From: an uncultured Acidimicrobiia bacterium
Lineage (GTDB): Bacteria > Actinomycetota > Acidimicrobiia > Acidimicrobiales > AC-14
Reading direction: 5' to 3'
Length of the DNA: 64,000 nt
NCBI GenBank assembly: GCA_963836205.1
Contig: CAWIIV010000024.1
Coordinates: forward strand, 220,718-284,717
Shown here: positions 17,892-27,307 of the stretch, in pieces
Layout of the letters: each line of letters opens with the position of its first letter
How positions within the stretch are numbered: position 1 is the stretch's first letter
Notes under the pieces: generated by a model
Told to the model about the DNA's origin: nothing
The model's input: the letters and a program-made list of their open reading frames with translations, nothing else
The model's database searches: none
Made by a program: the position numbers and the translations under genes

Positions 17892-18815
17892 CTACTTCAG
17901 GGCCTGCGAGATCCCCGAAGCGGCGGGACCGAGGACCACCACCATGATCGCCGGGAACACGAACAGGACCAGCGGGAACAGCATCTTGACCGGCAGCTTG
18001 GCCGCCTTCTCCCGGGCCCACTGGCGGCGCTTCATCCGCATCTCGCCGGCCTGGGTCTTGAGGACCCGGCCGATCGGGATGCCGAGGGCGTCGGCCTGGA
18101 GCAGGGCCAGGACCAGGTTGGACAGCTCCGGAACCTCGGTGCGGCGCTTGAGGTTCTGGAACGCGTCCCGGCGGGGCAGGCCCAGCTCCATCTCGTGGAG
18201 CGTGCGGGCGAACTCCTCGGCCAGGGGGGAGTTGAAGTGCTGGCACACGATGGCCAGCGCCCCCTCGAAGCCCATACCCGCCTCCACCGAGATGGCGAGC
18301 AGGTCGAGCGTGTCGGGAAGGTCCTTCAGGATCGCCCCCTGCCGCTCGCGGAGCTTGCGGGCCAGCCACGAGGCGGGCAGCAGGATCCCGATGAGCGGGG
18401 CCATGATCAGCACCAGCAGGGCGACGCGGGGCGACGGGGCGCCCAGGGTCACGTACATCACCGCGCCCAGGGTGCAGGCGGCGGTGGCGGCCAGCTGCCC
18501 GACCACGAACTCCTCGGCCCGCATGGTCCCCGTGAGGCCGGCGAGCAGGAGCTTGCGGTGGGTCTGGTCGAGGTAGTTGCGGGGCGTGAGCCGGCCCACC
18601 GAGTTGGCCAGGCCGGCACCGAAGGGGCGCACGACCCGGACGATGAACGGCTCCTGCAGCTTCCGCTCGAACTCGTCGGTGAACGTGACGTTCTCGTCGA
18701 GGTCGCGCAGGTACTGGCCGACGTTCCCCGCGGGACGGGCCCGGGTGAGCCCGACGGCCACCGCGGTGGCCCCGGCCACCGCGAGGAAGACGGGAAGGAG
18801 AAGCATGAGGTCCAT
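17892..18815 (-). CDS. tadC: Tad pilus assembly protein TadC (T2SS F family)
   Basis: LPDTLDLLAISVEAGMGF, AREKAAKLPVKMLFPL. Confidence 0.92.
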   Translation of the reverse strand: MDLMLLLPVFLAVAGATAVAVGLTRARPAGNVGQYLRDLDENVTFTDEFERKLQEPFIVRVVRPFGAGLANSVGRLTPRNYLDQTHRKLLLAGLTGTMRAEEFVVGQLAATAACTLGAVMYVTLGAPSPRVALLVLIMAPLIGILLPASWLARKLRERQGAILKDLPDTLDLLAISVEAGMGFEGALAIVCQHFNSPLAEEFARTLHEMELGLPRRDAFQNLKRRTEVPELSNLVLALLQADALGIPIGRVLKTQAGEMRMKRRQWAREKAAKLPVKMLFPLVLFVFPAIMVVVLGPAASGISQALK

Positions 18816-18817
18816 GG

Positions 18818-19777
18818 CTATACCTCGATCTTTGTCATGCGGAAGATGATGAAGGAGCCCATCGCCACCATGGCCGCGGTGCCCATGAGCACCACCAGCC
18901 CCATCCCCCGGAACATCGGCTTCATGTAGTCGGGGCTGACGAAGTTGATGGCGAAGAGCATGAAGGGAGCCAGCGCGGTGAGCACCCAGGCCGAGATCCG
19001 GCCCTCGGCGGTGAGCACCGCAACTTCCCGGCGCACTTCCTCACGGGCCCGGATGAAGTCGGCCAGCGTGTGCAGGAGGTCGGCCAGCTTGCCACCCACC
19101 TGCTGCTGGATGCGGATGGCCTGCACGACCCAGTCGAGGTCGCGGATCTGGAGGCGCTTGGCCATGCGGTCGAGCGCGTCCACCACCGGGTCGCCCAGGC
19201 GGGTCTCCGAGACGAGCCGGGAGAACTCCTCCGACAGCGGCGGCGGCGACTCCTCGCACATCATCTGGATGGCACGCAGGAACGTGTGCCCGGCCGACAG
19301 CGACGAGGCGATGAGGCCGAGGGCGTCGGGCAGGGCCGCTTCGAACGCCTTCTTGCGCCGGGCGATCCGCTGCTTGACGACCACCGAGGCGATCAGTGGT
19401 CCGATGAGGGCCCCGAAGAGGGCGAAGAACCATGTCGACGACAGGGCCAGGAGCAGTGCGGCCAGGCCCAGGCTGCCGGCGAGGGTGACCAGGACGAACT
19501 CGCCCGGCCGCAACGGGATGCGAGCCCGCTCCAGCGACAAGGCCATGGAGCCCTTGCTGTCGAACTGGGTGACCATGCGCCCGGCGGCCTGGATCGTCCC
19601 CTCGACGAGCGGGCTCAGGTTCTCGGTGACACCCTCGACCCGGACGTCGCGCTCGCCGTAGGGCAGCTCGAGGATCTCGGCCAGCTGGCGCTGCCGGTCG
19701 CGGGACCGGGACAGCATGCCGACGACCACCAGCAACAGGCCGGCACCGACGGCGAAGACGGCGATCAACGTGGTCAT
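18818..19777 (-). CDS. tadB: Tad pilus assembly protein TadB (T2SS F family)
   Basis: LPDAL-LIASSLSAGH, QQQVGGKLA, TAEGRISA. Confidence 0.92.
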   Translation of the reverse strand: MTTLIAVFAVGAGLLLVVVGMLSRSRDRQRQLAEILELPYGERDVRVEGVTENLSPLVEGTIQAAGRMVTQFDSKGSMALSLERARIPLRPGEFVLVTLAGSLGLAALLLALSSTWFFALFGALIGPLIASVVVKQRIARRKKAFEAALPDALGLIASSLSAGHTFLRAIQMMCEESPPPLSEEFSRLVSETRLGDPVVDALDRMAKRLQIRDLDWVVQAIRIQQQVGGKLADLLHTLADFIRAREEVRREVAVLTAEGRISAWVLTALAPFMLFAINFVSPDYMKPMFRGMGLVVLMGTAAMVAMGSFIIFRMTKIEV

Positions 19778-21294
19778 TGGGCACGCTCCGCCCGGGCCAG
19801 GGTGGACAGGGACGGGATGCGGGCGTTACGACCACCCCGGGCGGCAGCCGCAGGGGCCGCTCCCGGTGCCGCCGTCGGTGCCCGGAAGGCCTTGGCCGGG
19901 ACCTCGATGCCGTTCTCGCCCAGCTTGTCGAGGAACTTGGGCCGCAGGCCGGTGGCCACCAGCTCGCCGTTGATGCGGCCGTTGTCGCCCCGGGCGAACT
20001 GCCGGAACTTGAAGATCTCCTGCAGCAGGATCGTCTCGCCCTCCATGCCCTGGAGCTCGGTCACCGAGGTGACCACGCGCCGGCCGTCGGAGAGACGGTC
20101 GAGGTGCATGATGATGTTCAGGGCGGAGGCGATCTGCTCCCGGATGGCCTTGACCGGGAGGTCGTAGCCGGCCATCAGCACCATGGTCTCGATGCGGCTG
20201 AGGGCGTCGCGGGGGCTGTTGGAGTGGACCGTGGTCATCGAGCCCTCGTGGCCGGTGTTCATGGCCTGGAGCATGTCGAGGGACTCGGCGCCACGAACCT
20301 CACCGACGATGATGCGGTCGGGACGCATACGGAGGGCGTTGCGGACCAGGTCGCGGATCTTGACCTCGCCGGCACCTTCCGCGTTGGGCGGGCGGGCCTC
20401 GAGGCTCAGGATGTGGGGCTGCTGGAGCTGGAGCTCGGCCGCGTCCTCGATGGTGACGATGCGCTCGCCCTCGGGGATGAACGACGAGAGCACGTTGAGG
20501 TTGGTGGTCTTACCGGTGCCGGTACCACCGCTGACCAGGATGTTCAGCTTGCCCCGGACACAGGCCTCCATCACGACCGAGAGGTCGAGGGTGAAGGTGC
20601 CGAAGTTGATGAGGTCCTTGACCGTGTAGGGGTCGGCGGCGAACTTCCGGATCGTCATGATCGGGCCGTGGATGGCCAGCGGCGGGAGGATGGCGTTGAC
20701 ACGGGAGCCGTCGGGAAGGCGGGCGTCGACCATGGGCGACGACTCGTCGATGCGACGACCCACGGCGGACACGATCTTCTCGATCACGTGCCGGTACTGC
20801 TGGTCGTCACCGAAGGCGGCGCCGGTGTGGTGGAGCTTGCCGTCGCGCTCGATCCAGATGTCGTCGTAGTTGTTGCACATGATTTCTGTGATCGACGGGT
20901 CCTGGAGCAGCGGGTCGAGCGGCCCGTAGCCGAGGGTGTCCTGGATCATCTCCTGGAGGAAGGTGCGCCGCTCCCGGGGGGAGATCTTGACGTCCTCCCG
21001 CGAGATGATGCGGTCGAGGGCGGACTTGACCTCGTTGGTGAGGCCCTCGGGGGTGAGCCCGTGGACCTTGGGCGCGACCTCGGCCAGGACGAGCTCCCGG
21101 ACCTTCTTCTTGGACGCGTGCCACGAGGCGGCGGACGTCGCCCCCGCCCGCCGGGCGGTTGCGGCTTGACCGGTTTCGGTCGGTCGGGCTGCCACCCGCC
21201 TCCGGGCCGTTTCGCCGGACGACAGTGCCGACCGGGATGAGGTTGCCGCTCGTTCCTGGTCCTCCAGGGCTGCGAGCTTGTCTGAGAGTTTCAC
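19774..21294 (-). CDS. cpaF: Tad pilus assembly ATPase CpaF/TadA
   Basis: GGTGTGKTT, TIEDAAEL, LRMRPDRIIVGEVRG, AMNTGHEG. Confidence 0.96.
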   Translation of the reverse strand: MKLSDKLAALEDQERAATSSRSALSSGETARRRVAARPTETGQAATARRAGATSAASWHASKKKVRELVLAEVAPKVHGLTPEGLTNEVKSALDRIISREDVKISPRERRTFLQEMIQDTLGYGPLDPLLQDPSITEIMCNNYDDIWIERDGKLHHTGAAFGDDQQYRHVIEKIVSAVGRRIDESSPMVDARLPDGSRVNAILPPLAIHGPIMTIRKFAADPYTVKDLINFGTFTLDLSVVMEACVRGKLNILVSGGTGTGKTTNLNVLSSFIPEGERIVTIEDAAELQLQQPHILSLEARPPNAEGAGEVKIRDLVRNALRMRPDRIIVGEVRGAESLDMLQAMNTGHEGSMTTVHSNSPRDALSRIETMVLMAGYDLPVKAIREQIASALNIIMHLDRLSDGRRVVTSVTELQGMEGETILLQEIFKFRQFARGDNGRINGELVATGLRPKFLDKLGENGIEVPAKAFRAPTAAPGAAPAAAARGGRNARIPSLSTLARAERAQ

Positions 21295-21303
21295 GGTCCT
21301 CCC

Positions 21304-22566
21304 TTAAGAGCCGGTCGATTGAGGAGTCAGGTGGAAGATGCGGCTGAACAGGCCGGCTTTCCTTGCGCCAGGCTCGGCGAAGGCGGGCACCTTGGACTGC
21401 ATGCCCTCGGGCAGCAGGGGCGCCATGCCAGCGGCCATGCGCTTGCTGACTTCGGAGTTGGGGTTGAAGGCCAGGATGGGCGTACCGACGTTGACCGACT
21501 TGCTGACCTCCCGGGCGTACGGAAGTACCGAGGCGAAGCCCTGGGAGAACAGCTTGGTGATCTGGTCGATGTCGATGCCGACGTCGCGCTCGGCCTTGTT
21601 GAGGATGAGCTTGACGTTGTCGGACGGGATCTTCAGCTTGTCGAGGGTGTTGAGGAACACGCCCATGTTGCGGACGCTGGGCAGGTCCATGGTGGCCATG
21701 ATGTAGAGCTGGTCGGACAGGTCGAAGGCGGCCAGGACGATCTCGGTGAGCGCCGCCGGCGTGTCGACCACGACGTAGTCGAACTTGGCCCGCGCCGCCT
21801 CGATCACCCGGGCCACGTCGGCCGGGTGGATCCGGTCGGCGTCGGACGGGTCCTTGGGGGCGGCGAGCACCTGCACGCCACTGTCGTGGGCCACCACGTA
21901 CTCCTGGATGTGGGCCTCGAGGTCTCCCTCGTCCTGTTCCTCACGGGCCAGCAGGTCGGAGATGGTGAACCGGGGCCGCAAGCGGAGGGCGGTGGAGACC
22001 TCGCCGAACTGCAGGTCGAGGTCGATGATGCAGGTGCGCTTGCCGGTGTGCTGGTGGAGGAAGTAGGCGAGGTTGGTCGAGTAGAAGGTCTTGCCGCAGC
22101 CGCCGGTGGCAGAGGCGACGGTGAAGACCGCACCCTGCTTGCCATGGCCGGCGACGACCGTGGTGGCCGGAGCGCTGCTTATCCGGGGCCGGCTGACCCC
22201 CACGGCGCGCTCGATGGCGTCGTGGAGCATCCGGTCCGACACCGGGAGCTGGAGCAGGTCCAGCGCCCCGGTGCGGACGATGTCACGGAGGGCGGCGTCA
22301 GGCCGCTTGTCGAAGGCAAGGAGGAGGCTCATGGCCGGCGACTCGTCATGCAGGGCCTGCATGCGGGCCAGGCTGGCCTTGGTCCCCAGGCTGGGCCCGG
22401 CGATCATCACGTCGAACGGACCGCTGCTGGCGATCACCTCGTTCACGATGGCCAGCCGATCGCACGGCACCACCTCGGGGCGGGGCCGGAGGTCTCCGGC
22501 CACCCCCCGGACCTGGTCAGCCAGGTCCGGTTCCTTTTCGACTACGAGGATCTTCGGGTTTCGCAC
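21304..22566 (-). CDS. cpaE: CpaE/TadZ (receiver-like + MinD-like ATPase)
   Basis: GGCGKT, IDLDLQFG, VVVDTP; position in the tad operon. Confidence 0.88.
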   Translation of the reverse strand: MRNPKILVVEKEPDLADQVRGVAGDLRPRPEVVPCDRLAIVNEVIASSGPFDVMIAGPSLGTKASLARMQALHDESPAMSLLLAFDKRPDAALRDIVRTGALDLLQLPVSDRMLHDAIERAVGVSRPRISSAPATTVVAGHGKQGAVFTVASATGGCGKTFYSTNLAYFLHQHTGKRTCIIDLDLQFGEVSTALRLRPRFTISDLLAREEQDEGDLEAHIQEYVVAHDSGVQVLAAPKDPSDADRIHPADVARVIEAARAKFDYVVVDTPAALTEIVLAAFDLSDQLYIMATMDLPSVRNMGVFLNTLDKLKIPSDNVKLILNKAERDVGIDIDQITKLFSQGFASVLPYAREVSKSVNVGTPILAFNPNSEVSKRMAAGMAPLLPEGMQSKVPAFAEPGARKAGLFSRIFHLTPQSTGS

Positions 22567-22575
22567 AGGGGGCCC

Positions 22576-23304
22576 CTACAGAACCTGAAGGGCAGACTCG
22601 ACACCGGCACCGGGCGTCTCGCCGACGGCGGGGGCGTCCTTGGCCACGAGGGAGAAGTACAGCGACTCGAAGCTCGTCAGGTAGACGAGGCGCTCGGCCT
22701 CGACGGGGCTGACGGAGAGCAGGAACACCAGGCCGGGAGCGGAAGGCTGTCCGGGGGTGGCGATCAGGTTCGTGCCGTTGACGTTCAGGACCTCGGTGTT
22801 CTGCATGATCAGCTTGACCGCGCCGCCGGGGGTGCCTGCGCCCGGCTTCTGGACGGCGTAGATGTTGATGCGGTCACCGGCGCCGGCGAACCCGGCAACA
22901 CCCGGCACGTTGGCCAGCTCGAGGGCGAGAGCGGTCTTGCCCTCGGGGATCTTGAGGGTGCCGATGCGGGTCTGGGTCGCCTGGAACTGGGAGTCCGTGA
23001 TGATCTGGCCCTCGGGCACGCCCAGGATGGCGGAGCGGCCGGCGAGCTGGGTCGGGTCGGTGAGGGCGTTGGCGGGCTTGACCGAGTCGGCCACCACCTT
23101 GCTCTTCACAAAGCCGTTGTTGGCCGCGTCGGCACCGTTGGTGCCTGCGGGGATGGGCTTGGCGGCCACGAGCACGGCGACCTTGCCGGATCCGACGGCG
23201 GGGGAGTTGTCCCCGTTGTCGCGCAGGATCAGGAAGGTGGCCATCGCGCCGACGATGAAGACGGCGAGGCCGAGGGTAACAATCACGTTTGAGCGCTTAG
23301 CCAT
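22576..23304 (-). CDS. cpaB: Flp pilus assembly protein CpaB/RcpC (SAF domain)
   Basis: N-terminal TM, VLVAAKPIPAG, GVAGF-GDRINI. Confidence 0.85.
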   Translation of the reverse strand: MAKRSNVIVTLGLAVFIVGAMATFLILRDNGDNSPAVGSGKVAVLVAAKPIPAGTNGADAANNGFVKSKVVADSVKPANALTDPTQLAGRSAILGVPEGQIITDSQFQATQTRIGTLKIPEGKTALALELANVPGVAGFAGAGDRINIYAVQKPGAGTPGGAVKLIMQNTEVLNVNGTNLIATPGQPSAPGLVFLLSVSPVEAERLVYLTSFESLYFSLVAKDAPAVGETPGAGVESALQVL

Positions 23305-23365
23305 TGGGTTGTCGGCTCCTGGTCGGGGTTAGTCGTAGGGGCAGTGATTCGAATTGCCCACTGAG

Positions 23366-23443
23366 TTGTCGGCTGGCTCCCTGCCGACCTGTAGCCGGTT
23401 TTTCGTAACGCACCCTCAAGCTGGGGCGGTTTCCATCCGATAC
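23366..23443. promoter_or_regulatory. Divergent sigma-28-like promoters for the cpaB operon and tadE-tadG
   Basis: Minus: TACAG-N15-GCCGACAA (23393-23366); plus: TCAAG-N15-TCCGATAC (23416-23443). Confidence 0.65.
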
Positions 23444-23495
23444 CTCACCCGAACGACCGAGAAGGGGCCTACAAGTGGGGATCGAGGAGCCGACC

Positions 23496-23957
23496 GTGAG
23501 TAACAGCCGTCTTTCCGCGCCGGGCGCGGGCACCCGTCGGCGGTGCCGCCGCGGGGATGAGTCCGGAGCCGCCCTGGTGGAGTTCGCCCTGGTGGTGGGA
23601 CTGTTCGTGTTCATCCTGTACGGGCTGATCTGGTTCGGCATGATGCTCGCCCTCAAGCAGGGCGTCACCAACGCCGCCGCAGAGGGGGCCCGGTCCGCCG
23701 TCGGCCTCACCGGTGCCGCCGCCCAGACCAAGGCCAAGGCCACCGTCGCCGACCGCCTGGGGTGGCTGGGCAGCAACTACGACCCGAACAACGTCACCGT
23801 CGACCTCCCCGCGCCCTGCGTCGGCGGCGCCGGCACGTGCATCACGGTGAAGATCGAGTACCCGTGGGAGGACCGTCCCCTGGTCCCCGCGGCTCCCGGC
23901 CTGAACTTCGTGGCGGTCGACAAGATCGCCTCCGAGGCGACCGTCCAGATCTCATGA
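23496..23957 (+). CDS. tadE: TadE-like pseudopilin
   Basis: ESGAALVEFALV, NAAAEGAR. Confidence 0.9.
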   Translation: MSNSRLSAPGAGTRRRCRRGDESGAALVEFALVVGLFVFILYGLIWFGMMLALKQGVTNAAAEGARSAVGLTGAAAQTKAKATVADRLGWLGSNYDPNNVTVDLPAPCVGGAGTCITVKIEYPWEDRPLVPAAPGLNFVAVDKIASEATVQIS

Positions 23958-25591
23958 GCGCCGGTCGACTTCAGAACGTGTTCTTCCGGCGCACCCCGGA
24001 CGAGCGGGGCGCCATCCTGGTGCTCTCGACGGTCGGCATCGTGCTGGCCATGATCTTCTCGGCCATGGCCGTCGACCTCGGCTTCACCGCCCAGGAGGCC
24101 CGCCGCAACCAGAAGGTGGCCGACCTGGCCGCCCTCGACGCGGTGCGCGACCTGGCCAACCACCAGGCGATCGCCAGCCAGAGCGCCAACGTCCGCAACA
24201 AGTTCCCCACCGGGGCGGGCAACACCGTCGTCTCCCAACGGGGCACCTGGAACGGCACGACCTTCGTGCCCAATGGCGCCGGCGAGGATGTCGAGGTCAC
24301 CGTGACCTCGCCCCACACCGACCTCTTCCCGTTCGTCGCCGGCGCCGACAGCGTCACCCGGCGGGCGGTGGCCAACCTCCAGGAGCGGGCGTCGTTCGAC
24401 CTCGGCTCCAAGCTGGCCTCGCTGAACCCCGGCGACAACACGCTGCTGAACCAGGTGTTCTCGGCGATCCTGGGCACCAGCCCGGCGATCAACATGAACC
24501 TCGTCAGCTACCAGGGCCTCACCAGCGGCACCGTCTCCCTGACGGAGATCGCGGCCGCCGACCTCGGCCTGGGCACCGCTCAGCAGCTGGCCACCAGCAA
24601 CATCGAGCTGAAGCGGCTGGCCACGGCCACCCTCAAGGCCCTCCAGACCAAGGCCGCCGGCGGCGACCTGGCGGCCCTCGCGGCCGCCACCGCCCTGGGG
24701 ACGTTCGCCACCAACATCCCGTCCGACCTGCACGTGAACATGGGGCAGATCCTCGGCGTCAACGCACCCGACGACCCGTCGGCCCTGAGCGCCCAGCTCG
24801 GCGTGTTCAACCTGATCAGCACCGGTGGCCAGGCGGCGCAGATCGCCAACGGCCACAACTTCCTCAACATCCCGAACCTCACCCTCGGGATCCCGAACCT
24901 GGCGACGTCCCATCTCCAGCTGCACCTGATCGAGACGCCTCGGATCGCTCTGCCGGGCCCGGCCCGTCAGGTGCCGATGGACGCGTTGCTCTTCCCGACG
25001 GGCTGGCAGACGTGGGCCAAGACGGCGCAGATCGGCATCACCCTGACCACCAAGATCTCCATCGGTTGCGGGTTCCTCGCCTTGACCTGCGTGGAGGTCG
25101 ACCTGCCCATCGTGATCGACGGGGCCAAGGCGTTCGGCTCGCTCACCGACGTGCGGTGCGCGGCGCCCAACAAGTACGACGACATCCTGGTCTCGACCCT
25201 GGCCACGCAGGCCCAGGCTGCGATCACCGCCAAGGTGAAGCTGCTGGGCATCACCCTGCCGCTCCCGTCGATCGCCAACGCCTCCGTGCCCCTCGGCGGT
25301 GGGTCGGCGACGCTGACGTTCCAGAACAAGGCACCCGTGCCCGGGCCCGAGTACCCGACCGACGTCCAGTCCACCGCTGCCACCGGCCTCGGACTGGCCA
25401 CCCTGCTCACCAGCCAGCTCAACCTGCTCGGAATCCCCCTCGGGAACCTCCTGTCGCTGCTGCAGCCGGTGACCGACGCCATCGACAACCAGATCCTCAA
25501 GCCGGTGTTCGAGTCCCTCGGCCTCACCGTCGGCGGCGCCGACGTGCGGACCCTGAGCGTCGACTGCGGTACGCCGACTCTGATCCACTGA
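23954..25591 (+). CDS. tadG: TadG-like pilus tip/adhesin protein
   Basis: DERGAI...AVDLG...Q-VADLAALDA N-terminus; ATGA overlap with tadE. Confidence 0.8.
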   Translation: MSAGRLQNVFFRRTPDERGAILVLSTVGIVLAMIFSAMAVDLGFTAQEARRNQKVADLAALDAVRDLANHQAIASQSANVRNKFPTGAGNTVVSQRGTWNGTTFVPNGAGEDVEVTVTSPHTDLFPFVAGADSVTRRAVANLQERASFDLGSKLASLNPGDNTLLNQVFSAILGTSPAINMNLVSYQGLTSGTVSLTEIAAADLGLGTAQQLATSNIELKRLATATLKALQTKAAGGDLAALAAATALGTFATNIPSDLHVNMGQILGVNAPDDPSALSAQLGVFNLISTGGQAAQIANGHNFLNIPNLTLGIPNLATSHLQLHLIETPRIALPGPARQVPMDALLFPTGWQTWAKTAQIGITLTTKISIGCGFLALTCVEVDLPIVIDGAKAFGSLTDVRCAAPNKYDDILVSTLATQAQAAITAKVKLLGITLPLPSIANASVPLGGGSATLTFQNKAPVPGPEYPTDVQSTAATGLGLATLLTSQLNLLGIPLGNLLSLLQPVTDAIDNQILKPVFESLGLTVGGADVRTLSVDCGTPTLIH

Positions 25592-25648
25592 TCCCCCCAC
25601 CTCGTCACGCTTGACGGAGCACCCGGGTCGGCTCGATAGCCTGCCCGG

Positions 25649-25971
25649 GTGCTTCGTCATGTGGCGGTCTTCAGGTGGGTGGAGGGCACGCCGGCCGCCT
25701 CGGTGGAGGCCTTCGCGATCGGGGCTGGCCGGGCTACCGGCGGTGATCCCGGAGATCCGGTCGTACCGGTTCGGGCCCGGACGCGGGGCTGGGGATGTCG
25801 GCCAACGCCGACTACGCGGTGGTGGCCGACTTCGACGACGCCGACGGGTACGCGGCCTACGCCGGACACCCGGCCCATCAGGACGTGATCGTGCGGCTCC
25901 TGCGCCCGATCGTGGCCGAGCGGCTCTCGGTGCAGTTCACGCTTCCTCGTCCGGGATCGGCGGAGGGATAG
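25649..25971 (+). CDS. Dabb / stress-responsive A/B barrel protein (frameshifted, likely sequencing errors)
   Basis: MLRHVAVFRW, LPAVIPEIRSYRFG, DYAVVADF-YAGHPAHQ spread over different frames. Confidence 0.7.
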
Positions 25972-26632
25972 GCGCCGACCGCAGGTACCCGGTGATGTCG
26001 TCGGCCCGGTAGAGGTTGTGCGTGGCCGGGTGCTGGGGTGACTTGCCGACCACGGTTCCGTCCCGCCGCACGCCCCAGAAGCCCTCGTAGGCCTGCTTGG
26101 GCCGGTGGGGGTCGGTGATGTAGTGGGGCACCTGCTCCACCAGGTCGAAGCCGGGCCGGGACGCGGCCCACGACGGCTCGTCGAGGAAGAGCACGATCCG
26201 GGGGTCGAAGGCGTCGATGGCGTGCGCCACCCGCTCGGGCTGCCCGGCGGCGGGCAGGAGGGTGGTGAGGGAGAGCGCCTCGGTGGCTCCCCAACGGGGC
26301 TGGCGGAGGCGGAAGAGGGTCACCGACCACCGGCGGACCTCGGCCCAGAAACCCATGGGGTCGGGGTAGTAGAAGCCCTGGTGGGGCGTGCCGAGGGTGA
26401 GGGGCAGCTCCTGCCACGGGATGAGGGGATCGCGCCACACCGGCTCCTTGGTGGTGACCAGGAGGAGCCAGGGGTTCAGGCTGCCGGGGGCGTTGGGGGG
26501 CCAGTCGCCCAGGCGGTCGGCCAGGCCCTTGGTGGCCCGCCGGTTCTGGGTGCGCGCCGAGTCCAGGCGGTCCTCGGGATTGATCGAGAACAGCTTGGTG
26601 TCACCCCGATGGCGGCGGGCTTCGGTGCGTAT
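25937..26632 (-). CDS. Hypothetical protein (frame open from an ATA at 26632; first standard start is GTG at 26440)
   Basis: Frame RTEARRHRGDTKLFSINPEDRL...NPWLLLVTTKEPVWRDP is continuous with the listed 167-aa ORF; TATCAT -10 lies 7 nt before the ATA. Confidence 0.55.
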   Translation of the reverse strand: MRTEARRHRGDTKLFSINPEDRLDSARTQNRRATKGLADRLGDWPPNAPGSLNPWLLLVTTKEPVWRDPLIPWQELPLTLGTPHQGFYYPDPMGFWAEVRRWSVTLFRLRQPRWGATEALSLTTLLPAAGQPERVAHAIDAFDPRIVLFLDEPSWAASRPGFDLVEQVPHYITDPHRPKQAYEGFWGVRRDGTVVGKSPQHPATHNLYRADDITGYLRSAPIPPPIPDEEA

Positions 26633-26658
26633 AGGGCCGATGATACGGTCGACCTGGG

Positions 26659-27246
26659 ATGCTCGTGGTCGGGTTGACGGGTGGCATCGGGTCGGGGAAG
26701 TCGACGGTGTCGTCGTTGCTGGCCGACCGGGGGGCCCTGGTGGTCGACACCGACGCCGTCGCCCGCCAGGTGGTGGCTCCCGGGGGTGCCGCCCACGAAG
26801 CCCTGGTCCGCCGGTTCGGTCCGTCGTTGGCCGCCGACCGCCGGGCGCTGGCAGGGGTGGTGTTCGCCGATCGGTCGGCCCTGGCCGACCTCAACGCCAT
26901 CGTCCACCCTGCGGTCCGGGAGGAGGTGGCCCGGCGGATGGCGGAGCTCCGGGAGCGGGGCGCCGAAGTGGTCGTGCTGGCGGTTCCCCTCCTGGTGGAG
27001 ACCGGCGGCGCCTACGACGTGGACGCGGTGGTCGTCGTCGACTGCCCGGAGGAGATCGCCGTTCGCCGCCTGGTCGAGCGCCGGGGCATGGACGAGGCCG
27101 ACGTCCGTCGCCGGATGGCCGCCCAGGCGTCCCGCGAGCAACGCCTGGCCGTCGCCGACGTCGTCATCCACAACGACGGCCCCATGGACGACCTCGAGGC
27201 CCAGGCCGACGAGACCTGGGAGTGGATCCAGGAGCTGTTGGGGTAG
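26659..27246 (+). CDS. coaE: Dephospho-CoA kinase
   Basis: VGLTGGIGSGKST, LNAIVHP, VPLLVE. Confidence 0.95.
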   Translation: MLVVGLTGGIGSGKSTVSSLLADRGALVVDTDAVARQVVAPGGAAHEALVRRFGPSLAADRRALAGVVFADRSALADLNAIVHPAVREEVARRMAELRERGAEVVVLAVPLLVETGGAYDVDAVVVVDCPEEIAVRRLVERRGMDEADVRRRMAAQASREQRLAVADVVIHNDGPMDDLEAQADETWEWIQELLG

Positions 27247-27257
27247 CCCGAGTGACG

Positions 27258-27305
27258 AACTGGTGACAGATCCGGGGGTCAGGGCCACCGAAAATGTCAC
27301 CGGTT
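27258..27305 (+). repeat. 48-bp REP-like palindrome, copy A
   Basis: AACTGGTGAC-N28-GTCACCGGTT. Confidence 0.8.
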
Positions 27306-27307
27306 GC

